In this document: positions 48,201-60,894 of the stretch, in pieces
Layout of the letters: each line of letters starts with the position of its first letter
Numbering within the stretch: the first letter of the stretch is position 1
Source of the DNA: Cyanophora paradoxa CCMP329
Lineage: Eukaryota > Plantae > Glaucophyta
Length of the DNA: 64,000 nucleotides
Direction: 5' to 3'
Assembly (NCBI GenBank): GCA_004431415.1
Contig: QPMI01000657.1
Span: 1-64,000 of the forward strand
Notes under the pieces: model-generated
Databases searched by the model: none
What the model saw: only the letters and a program-made list of their open reading frames with translations
What the model was told of the DNA's origin: nothing
Made by a program: the position numbers and the translations under genes

Positions 48201-51200
48201 CCGGAGCTGAATTTCGTGATTTGAGCAAGCCTCGCATTCAGGGGGTGCGATGCATCGCGGGAGAGCCCTTTCTTGCGGTATTCGCGGGCGAGGCGCGCAC
48301 GGTCGACCGGACTGCCCAAATGGCATTTTTCGGTTGCAAGGAGACGGGAGAAGTTCCGAAATTCGCACGTATTTTTTACGTGTGCTCGCGGGTCAGACTC
48401 AACTCTGTAAACTCTACGAGTGTCGTAGTTCTCGTTCCAGCAGCGCGGGGGCGAAAAGAGTAGGACCATGTCAAATCCGCCAGGGGGAAAGACCGGCTCC
48501 CGGCGGGCGTGCCACGCGCGTTTTGATGCAACTGTTGCGGCCGGGGACGGGTCTTCGGGGTCAGATTGCCAGGCTGCTTCCTCAGGGTCAGCCCAGGAAG
48601 AAAGTTCCCGGCCGTCGAGTGCCTGCCGGGAGAGGTCTGCGCTGGGGTGCAGAGCCAGTGCCGCAGCGGCGAGGCGGTCGGCTCGTGCGTTGTCCCGATC
48701 AAATGCACGGTTTGGAACCCGTTCTTCTTCCACCAGCAGGGGCAGGCTTGGTAGTCCTGGTGTATGCTGACCTAGCGCAGCCCGGGCTTCGCGCCGCCTC
48801 TGTCGTTCTGCTCGCCTGGAGGCACGAGACGCTTGCTGCATTTGGTGGACGGCTCGGCGGGCGTTCCGACGGTGGATGTGGGCAGTGCCCGCGCGAAGGT
48901 GCTCGGAGATATAGTTGTAGGCGCCGGTTAGCGGGTTCGCGCGCCCTTCGTATACTCCGTGCCGGGGCCATATTGAGCTATCAGTTCCGCCTCCGTAGGT
49001 TCGGGAGCGACCGGGTCTCGGTCAGAGAGGTAGGATTCGTATGAGTCTGCGTCTGATTCCGAGTCGTGGTCGGCCACTTCAGCGGGGGCGGCAGCCGGGC
49101 GCGGGCGGCGCCGAGTTATATATTCTTTCTGGTGGGCTTTGACTTTGACAAGACGTTCTTCGTATAGCATTCTGTCGGGTGCCACGGCCCTTGCTAGTGC
49201 AAGCCGGATGCACTGCACCTCAGCATACGCTTTAAGGTGATGGGAGTACGAGGCTCGAATGCAGCTGCGAAGGGTGGCGGTGGCGCGATGCGAGACGTAC
49301 TTGGAATAGTCCGCCATTGCAGTGAAGCTGTCAGTTTTCACTGTGCAGCCTTCGGGAGAGAGCAGCAGGGCGGACAGGACGGCGAGGAGCTCGCCTTTGT
49401 TATTGTTCACTGTGCCAGGACACGGGGCCACGAAAAAGTCGCTGCCGTCGGTCGGGATGGCGTCTGCAAGGCCGCGAAGTTTCGCCACCTGGTCAGTATC
49501 GACGCCGGTTGTGCCCAGCCGGTCAGCTAGTGCGTGAATTTGTTGACGGAGGGCTATCCCTCGCTGCGTGCGGGCAGCTTCGTCAGCTAGTGAGGCCGGG
49601 TTGCTCTCACGGGGCCAGACGCCAGCGTAGGCCGTGAGTGCAGCTTCTGAGGCGGCGTCCATGGTACTGGCATCCGTGGCTGCGAGTCGGCGCTCGCGGT
49701 CGAGCGGGAGGGAGGTGCGGCCGAGCTCCGCGGCAATCAGGTTCCAAAATGGGTCAGCATACTCTGACGATGGGATGCAGAAGTCGCTCAACTGTCGGCG
49801 TTGGGGGTAGGCCCGAGGCGCTGTCGGCGGGGGGACGGTCCCAGGGTCGCGAGCGGCGACTCCATCTGGCCGCTGGGGCGCCTCGTGATCATCTGGATCA
49901 TAATTCCAGTCCTGTTCCCACGGGGGAGGAAATGAGTGTCGCGGAACTCGGCCACCACGTTATTTTATCTTCAAGGAAAATGCGAGCATGCTCGGCGACA
50001 CGGCCTGACCGCGACTCGGGGACCAGGCTCTGAAGTCGGGCGGGGTAGATGTAGGCTGTGTCTTCGGTCCAGCGGCACCGTTGGGAGGCCGGGTCTGAGT
50101 GGTCACATGCGCGGCGGAGAGCCTCTGCTTCCGGCGTTTTCGCTGTGAAGCGGCTGTCGCATTCTTTGGGATCCATTATGCAGCGGAAGAAGGAGACGGG
50201 TTCGCCGGTGGTGTCATATATGTGGTCCTCTCGGTCGTCCTGGCCTTTGTCTCGGCGGACCCAGTGTTCGAGCTCAACTAGGACGCGTTCTCTGCCGTCG
50301 TCAGCGTCAGTTGTCCGCCGGATATTGCAGATGCGTCCTAGATACGCTTCCGTTGTCCAAACGAAGCCGCCGACTTTGTACTGGGGCGAGAGCAGGCCGG
50401 CTTCAAGAAGGGTACGTTGGGCTGCAGCCGGATTTTGCGCAGGCTGCAGGTGCATGGGGAAGCGGAGACGACGGGGGATGGCGCGCGGGCCGACGGGCTG
50501 ACATATTGCTCGGGTGAACGACGGGAACCAGGATGGAGGTCTATTGAGTCGCTGTTTAATTTTCCCGCTGCCCCATAAGCTAATCCAGTCGAGCACACTG
50601 ACGCCGTCGGGCCCCGTGACGTCAGCAGCTGTGAGGATATCGTGGCGCCAAAGGAATGGTGCAGCCTCACGCAGGAGGCGCGGGGGGAGCAGTGTTGTGA
50701 GCACAAAGCGGCGTTCGAGCTGCGGGTGAGGCAGGGCCGGAACGAGATAGTCCTTGCCTGAGTCGAGTTTGTAGCCGGCGCGGGTCAGATTTCGCGCTAC
50801 AGCTAGTGCAAAATTGTCTCTGTAGGCTGCGGGGCCCAGCTGTAAATTGGGGTAGCAGTATGGCGGAAGGGGAAGCCCCAGTTGCTCCTGCGCTGCGAAA
50901 ATGCGGTGCATGATATACGGGAGAAGCAGGGGGTGGTTCGTGCGGATGGTTTCATCGAGCACGTGAATGGCAGCTGTTCGTCCTCCGTTCTCTTGAGGCC
51001 GTAGAAGCCTCGGCTCCACATGAGCGCGTTGGGCGTGGACCCCTAAGGCGGGCATGATGTTTAGTGAGCGTCATCCAGAGAGTGTCGAGCTGGGCACATT
51101 GTCTCTCGGTAAAGGAAACAATCTTGCAGGCGTAAGTGATGCGAGGGAGAAGGACGCTATTTACTATGTATATCGTCTCTTTGGCGGTGAGTTTCTTACG

Positions 51201-54200
51201 CCTTAGTATCGCGCAGGCTGCCCGAGCTGTTGAGTATACAGCCTCAAATTGCCGCCGCCAGTCCAGATTTGCTGTCATCCAGACCCGAGCACCTTGAATG
51301 GTTTGTTCGGCGCAAGGACTTTGTCGGCCGGTTCTTTAGCATCGGGCGGGCCTAGTAGCGGGGCAGACGGGCGTGGGGAGACGTTGTTGTACGTAAATTC
51401 GGTTTTCTTCGCGTTGAGGGCAATATCATGTATCCAGAAGAATTCAGAGGCCAGGTCTGCGTGCAGCTGGATGCCCCGGGCTGTACCGCTAATAAGTACG
51501 GTGTCGTCTGCGTATGCTTGCCCCGGCGAGGTCACCCGAGGCAGGCGCGCTCGCAGGCGTCGGGTGGGCGCGGGCAGGTTAGCGTCAGACGCAGAGGGCG
51601 GCGGGCCCATGGAGTATTGGGTGCTCTCCGCAGCGCTGACTTCGCGTAAAGCCGATAGAAATACGTCATAGAAGATGAGCCAGTGAATTGGGGACTCGGT
51701 TCCTCCTTGCGGGAGCCCGCACTCCACATCGAAGGGGTCAGTTGGGCCGTACCCTGTCGCGACGGACGCTGTACGTGATGTTGATATTTGTCCGTAGAGG
51801 CTTATGTACCGTTCGGGAATTTTTAGGCGGCGGAGTGCCATTTCCATGCTAGACCAGCTGACGCTGTCGTAGGCTCTGCGAATATCTAGCAGTAGCAGAT
51901 AGATCGGTTTCGAGAATTGTTTTGCGTCCTCCAGTAGCGCGCGCAGCATGTACAGAGGCTCGTCGGTGGACTTGCCTCGAGTAAAGGCGAAGTTCGCGCC
52001 CTGTAATATGTCGTGTTTGCGGAGAACGCGCGAGAGGCGGTCAGTGAGGACTGCCGTCACGAGTTTCAGCGTGCATTCTTGGAGTGTAATGGGGCGGACA
52101 TTGTCAGGGTGCCCATCCCATTCCCCGCCCTTGGGGATAAGACATATATTTCCGTGAAGAAGGGGCGCAGGGACAGACGAGAGTTTTAGGATCAGATTTA
52201 CCGTAGTGAGGATTACCTGGCGGCACGTCGGGAACAGGTTATCGGGTTCTTGGAGCGGCTCCGGGTCCAGGCCCGCCTTGCGTAGTTCTTCGCAAGTTTT
52301 CTTTGAAAGGACCGGTGCCGTCCACAGCATTTTTATCATTTCGTGGGAAAATCCCGAGGGCCCCGCCGCACCGTTTCGGAGAGAGCCGATGATTCGGTCC
52401 AGTTCGGCCTCGCTGGTGGGTTCCATTAGGTACACATAAATTGCATCATCAATATCCTGGCGCGGGGAGTGAAGTCGGCGCCATATTGAGGCCTCCTGTG
52501 CACATGTACTAAGTGGCAGCGCGCCCGGGTCCCTGTTCGCTGTGAGTGGGCTACGCTGCCGTGTCCAGGCATGCATGTGATGGCGTGCGAACTGTTTCAC
52601 TGCATCTTCATTGCCGTATACCTGATATTCTCCAGCGTGGCAGAGGGAGAAGGAGGTAATCGGCCTGCGTTCTGGGGCTTCAAGTGTTTGGCGGAGGTAT
52701 TGGGCGAGGTCTGTCTTGAACATGCGCTGCGAGCGCTCTCGGTTTGCTCTGATTGTCGTGGCTTCGAAACGTTTAATGTGGGCCTGGACTTTGGTGTCCA
52801 AGGCCGAGGCCCAAGTGGTGAAGCTTGGAAAATAGTCGAGCCAGCTTGGTTGTCGGGCAGAGAATGGCGGCGGCACAGGGGGTAGTGGGAGTTTAAGATA
52901 GCCTGACCGCTTGTCTATTGGGAGTTTGTCAAGCCGGCGGTTGTGATTTGAGATTGCCCTGCGCAGGTCAGAGAGGGAGTGCCGTACGCGGCGCGGCGTG
53001 GAGTCGATCCCGTGGCGCGCCGCTTCCCATGCCTTGCGCAGTTCCTGGGCCCTCGTGAGCAGGTTGGATTCGGGGCGGCCGCGGCGGAGAATTTTTGAGG
53101 GATTTTTGGGGGCGTAAAGATGCCAAATACTGGCGATTGGCCGAGGTCACAGATGTGGGCGAGAGTGGATTTGAGGGCTTCGTGCAGGCGGGCTAGGCGG
53201 TCCTCTGGCGGGGTGCCGTCGTCGTCCTCCAGCGTTGCGAGTAGCTCTCGTACGCTAGCTGAGGACCCCGGCACCGGCTGCTGTAGCTTTTCTTCCAGTA
53301 GTTCTTTGAAGCGAATTTTTGTGAGCGATGCCTGTGTCGCGTACTTGAAACGCGGGGGGCCGGGCGAAGACGCTGGGGGCCCCAGTTTATATTTGATGGC
53401 CAGGGCCCGTTTACTGTACTCTGCAAGGAGTGGGAAATGGTCCGAGGGGAAAGGGGCGTTTCTAGGCGACGCTTGGGCCGCTCGAAGGGCGTTAGTCGCG
53501 ACTTGGGATTGTAAGATGTAGTCGAGCCTGGTAGCATGGCGGAGCGTGCCATCTGGGGCGATGCCTCGAGGGTTGGGGTTGTCAGGAGCGTCAGGAAATA
53601 TGAAGGTGATTTGGTCGTCGGTGCCCATGGCTGTGGCAGCGTCGGAGAGGGTCCAGTCGTGAAGCAGTTCATGCCACCAGCGGTGATCAGGTTCTCGTGT
53701 GGTCGCATATTGCCCCTGTCTGATTTTGCCCGTCTCGGGACAGAGGCAGCTGTTAAGATCGCCAAGGAGGAAAAAGTGCGCGCGGGGGCGGAGCGCCCAG
53801 TCAGCGTACATGGTCGCGCGGAGATAGTCGAAGATTTTCGCACTTTCAGTAGACCGCGCCGTCCGACTTTCGCCGGGGGGGAGGTACACGCTGGCGATAA
53901 AGATCTGAACATTATTTGCAAATCGAAGCTCACAGCCGGCCACGCGGCCTGGCATTGTGTAGGTCTTAAAACAGTGCTTGGCCATATTTTCTGAGAGAAA
54001 AAGGGCTACGCCGGAGCCGCGGGGGGAGGCTCGATTTTGGCGGAGTTTCTTCTGCGAGAGGGGCGGGGTGGGCGGGGCTCGAGCTGGGAGCTCCTGAGCA
54101 CTAGTTGTGCGCGTGGCCGAGTCGGCGTGCACGGACGTGAGCATGAGCCCGATGTCACTGACCTGCGCATCGCTCTGACCGTAGCCTGGGTGCAGTTAAG

Positions 54201-54476
54201 TGATTGGACCCCTAATACGCTCAGCCCCCAGTCAAGCATATATTTCTGGATCTGGCCGACATGGTTGACGCTAGAGCAGGTGCGGGCGTTCCAGGTCGCG
54301 AGTCTCCAGTACTGGTCAGAGTCAAAGCGGCGGCGTATGATACCCGATTTTCGGTGAGTGCCCGCAGGTTTGGCTCCGAGGCGCTCGTGTGTAAACAGCT
54401 CGAGGGGAAATAGCGTGCGGAGCAGCGGCGCGGGACGGCCGGCACCAGCGGGGCCAGGCGTGTTATATGCGGTCAT
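45207..54476 (-). CDS. LINE copy B ORF2 polyprotein APE-RT-RNase H-CCHC-Ulp1/C48 protease (~3000 aa, frameshifted)
   Basis: APE 54360-53380 (WNAR, VYLP, GDLN, RLDYIL, SDH). RT in ORF 51275-52876 (AYADDT). RNase H ~49690-48660. C48 in ORF 46243-46839 with H/D/Q/C in one frame. Confidence 0.9.
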
Positions 54477-56060
54477 GGGACTCTGGGCGGGTGGAACATT
54501 TTCTTGTGCCCCTGGTGCAGGCCAGACTCCAGGCCTGGGTTCTTCGCGGCGGTGCGCGGGGGGCGGGCCGGATAGCGCTGTCGTTGGATGCCATGATGCC
54601 GGGCTCGCGCGTGATGCATGGGCCAGCATGGCCGGGTCAGCTTGGCCCGCCGCGGCGAGGGCCGAGCCCGCTGCCGCTGCCTGGCGGCGCCACCCCGCAT
54701 TCGCATGTGAGCCTCTAGCGCTGTGGTCATGGCAGCTATCGGGCCCGATTGACTGGTTGCTCCCGATTGGCGGGTGCACAATGAATGGCGACGACGACGT
54801 AGTGCCGGCGCTAGCGGCCGGTCCGGGAGGGCAGAAAAAATTCTTTTTCTGTTCATGCATATGTCTTGGGGCCGGGGACTCGGACGGTTCGCCGGAGCCA
54901 GTGATCGAGCTCGCGGTAGGCGTCGCGGAGATTCGAATTCGGGTCGGGATCCAGCTGCAGCGCCGGCCGCGGCGTGCACCGCCGTGCAGTCTACAGTGCA
55001 GACCGTACACGTGCGGGCCACTGACAGTGAGGCTACGTATGCTATGCTGGCGGTAGCGCCGGCGGCGCACATACACAGTGTCATACTGGTACTAGTAATT
55101 GTAGTGGCGGTGGCGCTAGCTGTTGTGATTGCCTTGGCGTACCCATCTTTGGCAGCCCTAGCTCTAGATCGGGATCTGGGGCCTGCTAGGTCGTGATCGG
55201 GGGGGCTGTTACTACTCAAGTTAAAGGTGGCGCCGGCGCCGGTGCGCGTGCCGGCGCCAGCTGTGTCGGTATCATATGCATTAGTGCTAGTGCAAGGCAT
55301 TATAACTACTCGGAGCCGCGTATACGTATACGTACGTGCCGACGGCGCCGTCAGGTCGAGGCCGGCATCGGCACCGGTACCGGCGTCGGCGTCGGTCCTC
55401 TGGCATCTTTGATCATGACAGGCTAGCCGGCGCCGGCGCCGTAGTACTAGTAGCTTCTGAGGTACAGGTCTGTAGCGGGGGCCGGCTTCGGCACCGGCCT
55501 CGGGCTCCTGGCTTCGCTTAGGGACTAGCTGTCGTGTTACGTATACAGCAGGATCCGCGGCCTGCTGGGGCCGAGTCCGGGAGGCAGCGGTCGGTGTCGT
55601 AAGAACAGGCTGGCGCTTCAGGCCGGTGGTGCAGTCATGATTAGACTGTTCTCCTAGCGTGGCTGTCGAGCGTGCGCGAGCCCGGGCTAGCCGGATCCGC
55701 ACAGTTGATGGGTACGTTTTCCACCCACGTACCCCTCTGGGCCTCGCGTGCAAGTCGTGATCGGGTCTAGATCTACAGGGCCAGGTGCACGTCCGGCGCG
55801 TATGAGTACGGGTGTTCTCCTTTGGGTCCCCCACTGGTACCACCGCTCTGCACCTGTTTAGCTCTAGCTCGAGATCTGGATGTTGTGACTTCGGCGTCGA
55901 GGTGTCCGTACATGACGGGACTAGAGCTAGCGCTATTACTGGTTCTGACGGGACTAGAGCTAGCGCTATTACTGGTTCAGGATCTAGGCCGGAGGGGCTT
56001 GGCTGCCTTACTCTTAGCTTGCTGTGGCTCGCGGCGGTTGGCGCTGGAGTTGCAGCTAGC

Positions 56061-58435
56061 TCAGTACTGCCAGGGCAGCCGCTGCTGTCCAGGGCCGCCG
56101 CCACCCCGGCCGGCGCCAGCCCCAAAGCCGCGGCCACCACGTGCTCCTCGTCCACCCCTGCCGCCGGCGCCACGGCCTGGGAGTCCGCGCCCACCGCGGG
56201 GGGGGCCCATCCCGCCCCGGGCTCTCCCAGCAAAGCCGCCCGGGGGAGGTCGCCCAGATGATGTCCACCCACGGCCACCGCGGCCATTGGCTGCGCCCGC
56301 CCCGCCGCGGGCATCCAGATGCCGGCTCCGCCGCGGGCTCCATGGGCTCCGCCAGCCCGCCGCGGCCTCCAGCGCCGCCTGCACCGCCCCAGTCGCCTCC
56401 GGGCCCTCCAAGTCCGCCACGGCCGCCCGCAGCCCCGCCGGGGCCCCCGCCACGCGCTCCGCGGTAGGCAGCGTCCACATACAGTCCACCGCGCCCCTCC
56501 GCCCGACCCCCAGGTGCTTGCCCTCCTGCAGCTGCCGGCTCGTCCCGGTTCCGCCGGTCGAGGGGCTGGCAGTTGTGTCCCCCCCCGAGCTCGCCACGGT
56601 AGTTGAGCAGGGGCTGGTTGATGTTGTTGACGCTGGTGAGGAAGTGTGCCGCGCACATGAGGGCTTCGGACTGGGGGAGGGGGATGACCACGTGCTGCCG
56701 GTAAGGATAATTATGTGAGATGGGGGGGGGGCCTCGGGCGGAGGGGAGGTGGGGGGTACCACATCGTGGGTGACCTCGAGAATGATGACCTGTCTCCCCC
56801 GCGCGTCGTGGAGGTCGAGGGCTCCGGAGAGGGTTGGGTGCGCCGTGAAGCCCATGCGCTCGCGCCTCGCCGCCCACTGTTCGTCATCTAGATCCAGCAC
56901 ACGGAGCTGGCGGCCACCACCGGTGGAGTAACGCTCGGCGTCAACCATCGAGGCTTGGACACCCACCTCGATCTGCGGGAGGGAGGGGTAAGCGCAAGTA
57001 GGGGGGGCTTTGCATGGGTAGGGGCGGACAGAGGTGGGGTACGGTCGGGTTGTCATGTACAGGACGCCGGCGGCCCGCAGGTCCATGATGAACTGCCGGT
57101 CCGGCACAAGCTGTGTGATGTCCAGCTGGCATTCGTTGCCGGGGAAGGGGACATGCTCCTGGTTGGCGTCGGCGTGCCCACAGCCGGCGTGGGCCCCGGC
57201 AAAGATGAGGACTCCGTTGAGGACATGCTTGCGGTCGTTGTTCCAGCAGAAGTCCGGGTCCGGGTCTTGGAAGCGGGGGAGGGTGATGAGGGCTGAGTTG
57301 TTGTCTGCGGCCAGGAGGTAGCCAACGTTTGCCTGCCAAGGGAGGGAGGGGAGAGTCAGAAGGGGGGTAAGGTGGTAAGAGCAGGTGGCAGGTCGGACCA
57401 GGAAGTTCTGCGCGGCCTGTGCGTGCGACGCCGGGATCAGGTAGCGGGCTGTCGGGCCGTTCGGGCACTTGACTGCCAGCTCGTTGTAGGCCACGACGAC
57501 ATCGTTGGCCTCGTACGCGTCGGGGTTGATGCCAGACGTGAGGGCGCGGAGCACTGTGTTCTTCATGAAGCTCGAGAGTGTCCCCCTCTCCATCTTGCGG
57601 CACCCTAGCTCGGCTTCGATCGCAAAGAACTCGGTGCTGGACGCGGGGGCGTCAACGTGGATGCCGACTGAGAGCGGCCCTGTTGCGCCAAGCACGGCGA
57701 GCGTCGCGAGTTGCGGCGTGACCGGTGTAAGGAGCTGGGCTGCGCGCCGAGCCTCCGTGATGTTGGCATACTTGATTGCGATGCACGGGCTGGACTCCTC
57801 GATCCGGTCGCCGCAGACCACGTGGCCGCAGCGGAGGGTCACAGCGTCGTCGGCGGTGCTGGATTCTGGCAGCGGCGGGAGGGGGTTGCGGAGTGCTGAG
57901 GGGTCGGCACCCTCGCCGATGCGGTGGTCCCGGATGCGGGCCCGGTCGGCTTGGTGTGCGGCGGCGATGCGGCCCCGGATCTCATTGACCACCGCTCGGA
58001 TCTGGAGGCCTTCCCGTCGGCATGTGGACCGTGCAGAGGCCAGGATCTCGTCGCGGGTGTCTTGCGGGGCGTCTGGGGGGACGAGTCGCGAGGCCAGGCC
58101 GTCGCCGAAGAGGACCAGATAGACCTTTGCAGTGTTAGGTCCGGTCCCGTTGGCTGCTGCTGCCGGCCTGCCGCCGCCACCGCCTCCGCCGTACACGTTG
58201 CCGTCGCCTCCGGCCGGGGCTTGCCCATCGTTGTCGCCGCCGTCCTCCCCGTCCCAGTTGAGACGGCGTCCAGCACCGCCGGCCCAGTTTCCGCCGTCCC
58301 GTCCGCCTGGCCCGCCAGGCCCGTCGTTCCCGTCGCGTTGACCACCGTTGCGCGCAATGCGCTCGTCGTGCCGATCGCCGGCGCCGCGGGCCTGGCCGCC
58401 GTGTCCATCCCGTCCGCCGTGCCCGTTGCGGCCGC
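56061..58435 (-). CDS. LINE copy B ORF1, 3' part, with introns
   Basis: Introns at 56695-56759, ~56973-57042 and 57333-57398; RGG tail ending QRLPWQY*. Confidence 0.65.
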
Positions 58436-58521
58436 GCCGGAGAACATCCCGTCTCCATCCCGTCAGCCTATGCCCGTTTGTCGACGTTGTCGCCCGTTTA
58501 ATTTGCACGACCAAAAAAAGG

Positions 58522-59265
58522 CCGGGGGTACGGGGGCGGCCGGTGGCGTACCCCTTTCTGAGGCTTAAGGGGTACGCCCCTATCCCTGCCGCCCCAAATG
58601 GCGCGCCTGTCGCCTGCGCTTCGCCTGCAAGCAGGTCAACCGAGCTGAGTTGGGCGGGGGTACGGGGGCGGCCGGCGGCGTACCCCTTGCTGAGGCGTAG
58701 GCGGGAACTCCCTGTCCCCGCCCCGCCGAACAGCGCGCCCGTCGCCTGCGCCTTGCCTGCGAGCAGGGCAACCGGCCTGAGCTTGGACGGGGGTACGGGG
58801 GCGGCCGGTGGCGTACCCCTTTCTGAGGCTTACGCGGGTACGCCACTAGTGCTCTCCCCGCCCGCTGAATGGTGAATTCGAACCTGTTGCCTGCACCTCG
58901 CCTGCGAGCAGGTCAACCGGCCTGAGCTTGGGCGGGGGTGCAGGGGCGGCCGGTGGCATACCCCTTGCTGAGGCATAGGCGGGTACGCCCCTCTCCCCGC
59001 CCCGCGGAATTGTGCGCCCGTCGCCTGCGCCTTGCCTGCGAGCAGGGCAACCGCGCTGAGCTTGGGCGGGGGTGCAGGGGCGGCCGGTGGCGTACCTCTT
59101 TCTGAGGCTTACGCGGGTACGCCCCTATCCCCGCCGCCCCAAATGGCGCGCCTGTCGCCTGCGCTTCGCCTGCAAGCAGGGCAACCGAGCTGAGCTTGGG
59201 CGGGGATGCGGGGGCGGCCGGTGGCGTACCCCTTGCTGAGGCGTAGGCGGGAACGCCGCTCTCCC
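58522..59265. repeat. Diverged ~135-bp tandem repeat (~5.5 units) with alternating A/B units and internal dyads
   Basis: Unit starts near 58526, 58657, 58790, 58935, 59068 and 59202. Units alternate TTTCTGAGGCTTA and TTGCTGAGGCRTAGG. Confidence 0.85.
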
Positions 59266-59295
59266 CGGATCATCGGATGGTCGTCCGACACTGAC

Positions 59296-59900
59296 GCTAG
59301 CTCATCTGCGGCCGGCTCGATCAGAAGTCGTTGGCGAACAGGGCACCCTGCTGGCACGCAAGAGTCGCGCACCTATGATAGCTGCCCCGCTCTTCTTTCG
59401 TCAATCTGCGCATGCATTCTCCAGCAGGTCAGTGCATGCGATCAGTCCGCTGGGAAGGCGTCTGCGGGCGCACCGCCGCACTGCATAAGCGGTCCGCTCC
59501 GAAGTTCCGATCCGCGGCTAGCGAGGGCGCCGGCGCACGCTATCCTAGACAAGCGAGAGCGACGCATGCGCAGCGCTAGCTCATCTGCGGCCAGTTCGAT
59601 CATGATCAGAGGTCGGTGGCCAACATGCATATGGCGCCCTGCCGGCATGGCGCACGCAAGAGCCGGCGCCGCGCACCTATGATAGCTGCCCCGCTCTTCT
59701 TTCGTCAATCTGCATTCTCCAGCAGGTCAGTGCATGCGATCAGTCCGCGGGGAAGGCGTCTGCGGGCGCACCGCGGCACTGCATAAGCAGTCCGCTCCGC
59801 GGCCGAATCGAAGTTCCGATCCGCGGCTAGCGAGGGCGCACGCTATCCTAGACAAGCGAGAGCGACGCATGCGCAGCGCTAGCTATAGCTCATCTGCGGG
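59296..59900. repeat. ~290-bp tandem duplication
   Basis: CCTATGATAGCTGCCCCGCTCTTCTTTCGTCAATCTG at ~59372 and ~59677. AGCTCATCTGCGG occurs three times. Confidence 0.85.
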
Positions 59901-60340
59901 TAGTTCGATCAGGCCAACATATGCATGGCGCGCTGCGCCTCGCAACCGCACCTCGCACACTGCGGACCCGGACTACCGGTACTGCCGCGCACATATGACG
60001 ACTGCGCATGCAGCACCGACACAACTGCCGCACACCAATGACGACTGAGCCTGCAACTAGGCTGCAAGCCGCTGATGGATGTACCGTCCTTCGATCGACA
60101 GATGGGTATACCGTATACAACAGATGGGTAAACCGTTCTTCGATCGCGATCGATCGCGATCCCCATGCATGGCCATGCAGGCTGATGATGCAGCACAGCT
60201 GCAGGCGCCGGCCGGAGCGCGAGCGCACGTCGTCATGCCAATTGCAAGTCAGAAAGGAGCCGAGGACGGTCTCACGGAGCTGCACAAACCTGTACCCCCC
60301 CGCAGTCAGCTCACAGAATCTAATAACACCCATTGGTCGT

Positions 60341-60410
60341 CATAATGACATCACCCTATAATGACATCACCGACTCTTTTAACAATAGTTCAACGTCATA
60401 ATGACATCAC
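60341..60410. promoter_or_regulatory. Three copies of ATAATGACATCAC (CRE-like) ~500 bp upstream of the plus-strand gene
   Basis: Motif at ~60342, 60358 and 60398. Function is inferred from position only. Confidence 0.3.
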
Positions 60411-60894
60411 AGAATCTTTAACAGCGATTCATAGCATACCTAATACCCAAAACCTCGAGAGGAACCTCGATTTGTGGATCAAAAGTGGATACTAGAAGTT
60501 CTAGAACCTCTGGTCTCTTCTTCCCTTCGGTCAGAATTAAATATTGATCATGAGACCAGCTGCAGAGGCTGACTTAATCGCCCGCGGGGTACGCGGTACG
60601 CGGATCCGGACTCGCGCATCCCGATCCTGGCATGGGAGTCCGATGATCTCCGATCCCAACCGGACGTGCCATCCCGATTTACAGCGCAGGTCCGACGGTC
60701 TAGATCGATATCTGGCTCCGGTCCGCGGCCGCGGGGATCCAGCCTCCAGTGCCCTCCACTGGGCCAGGATTTGCCGCGTTAAACGTTGAACCAAAATTTG
60801 CAGCGCACCCGGACGTGACCGTGCACGTCCCACCCGGCCGTCTAGCTAGATCTGAGCGGCCGTCCCACCCGTGAGAGGACACCCACGCCGCGCA

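Larger units (their letters stand above)
44887..58435 (-). mobile_element. Large non-LTR retrotransposon, copy B, poly(A)-tailed, 5'-truncated within ORF1
   Basis: T12 at 44887-44898 with AATAAA on the minus strand near 44912-44917. Identity to copy A stops at 58435 (=12489). No TSD found. Confidence 0.92.

Noticed and set aside
44860-58460. Target-site duplication for copy B
   Set aside because: The flanks GCTAATCCAAGGCTGA and GCCGGAGAACATCCC do not match.
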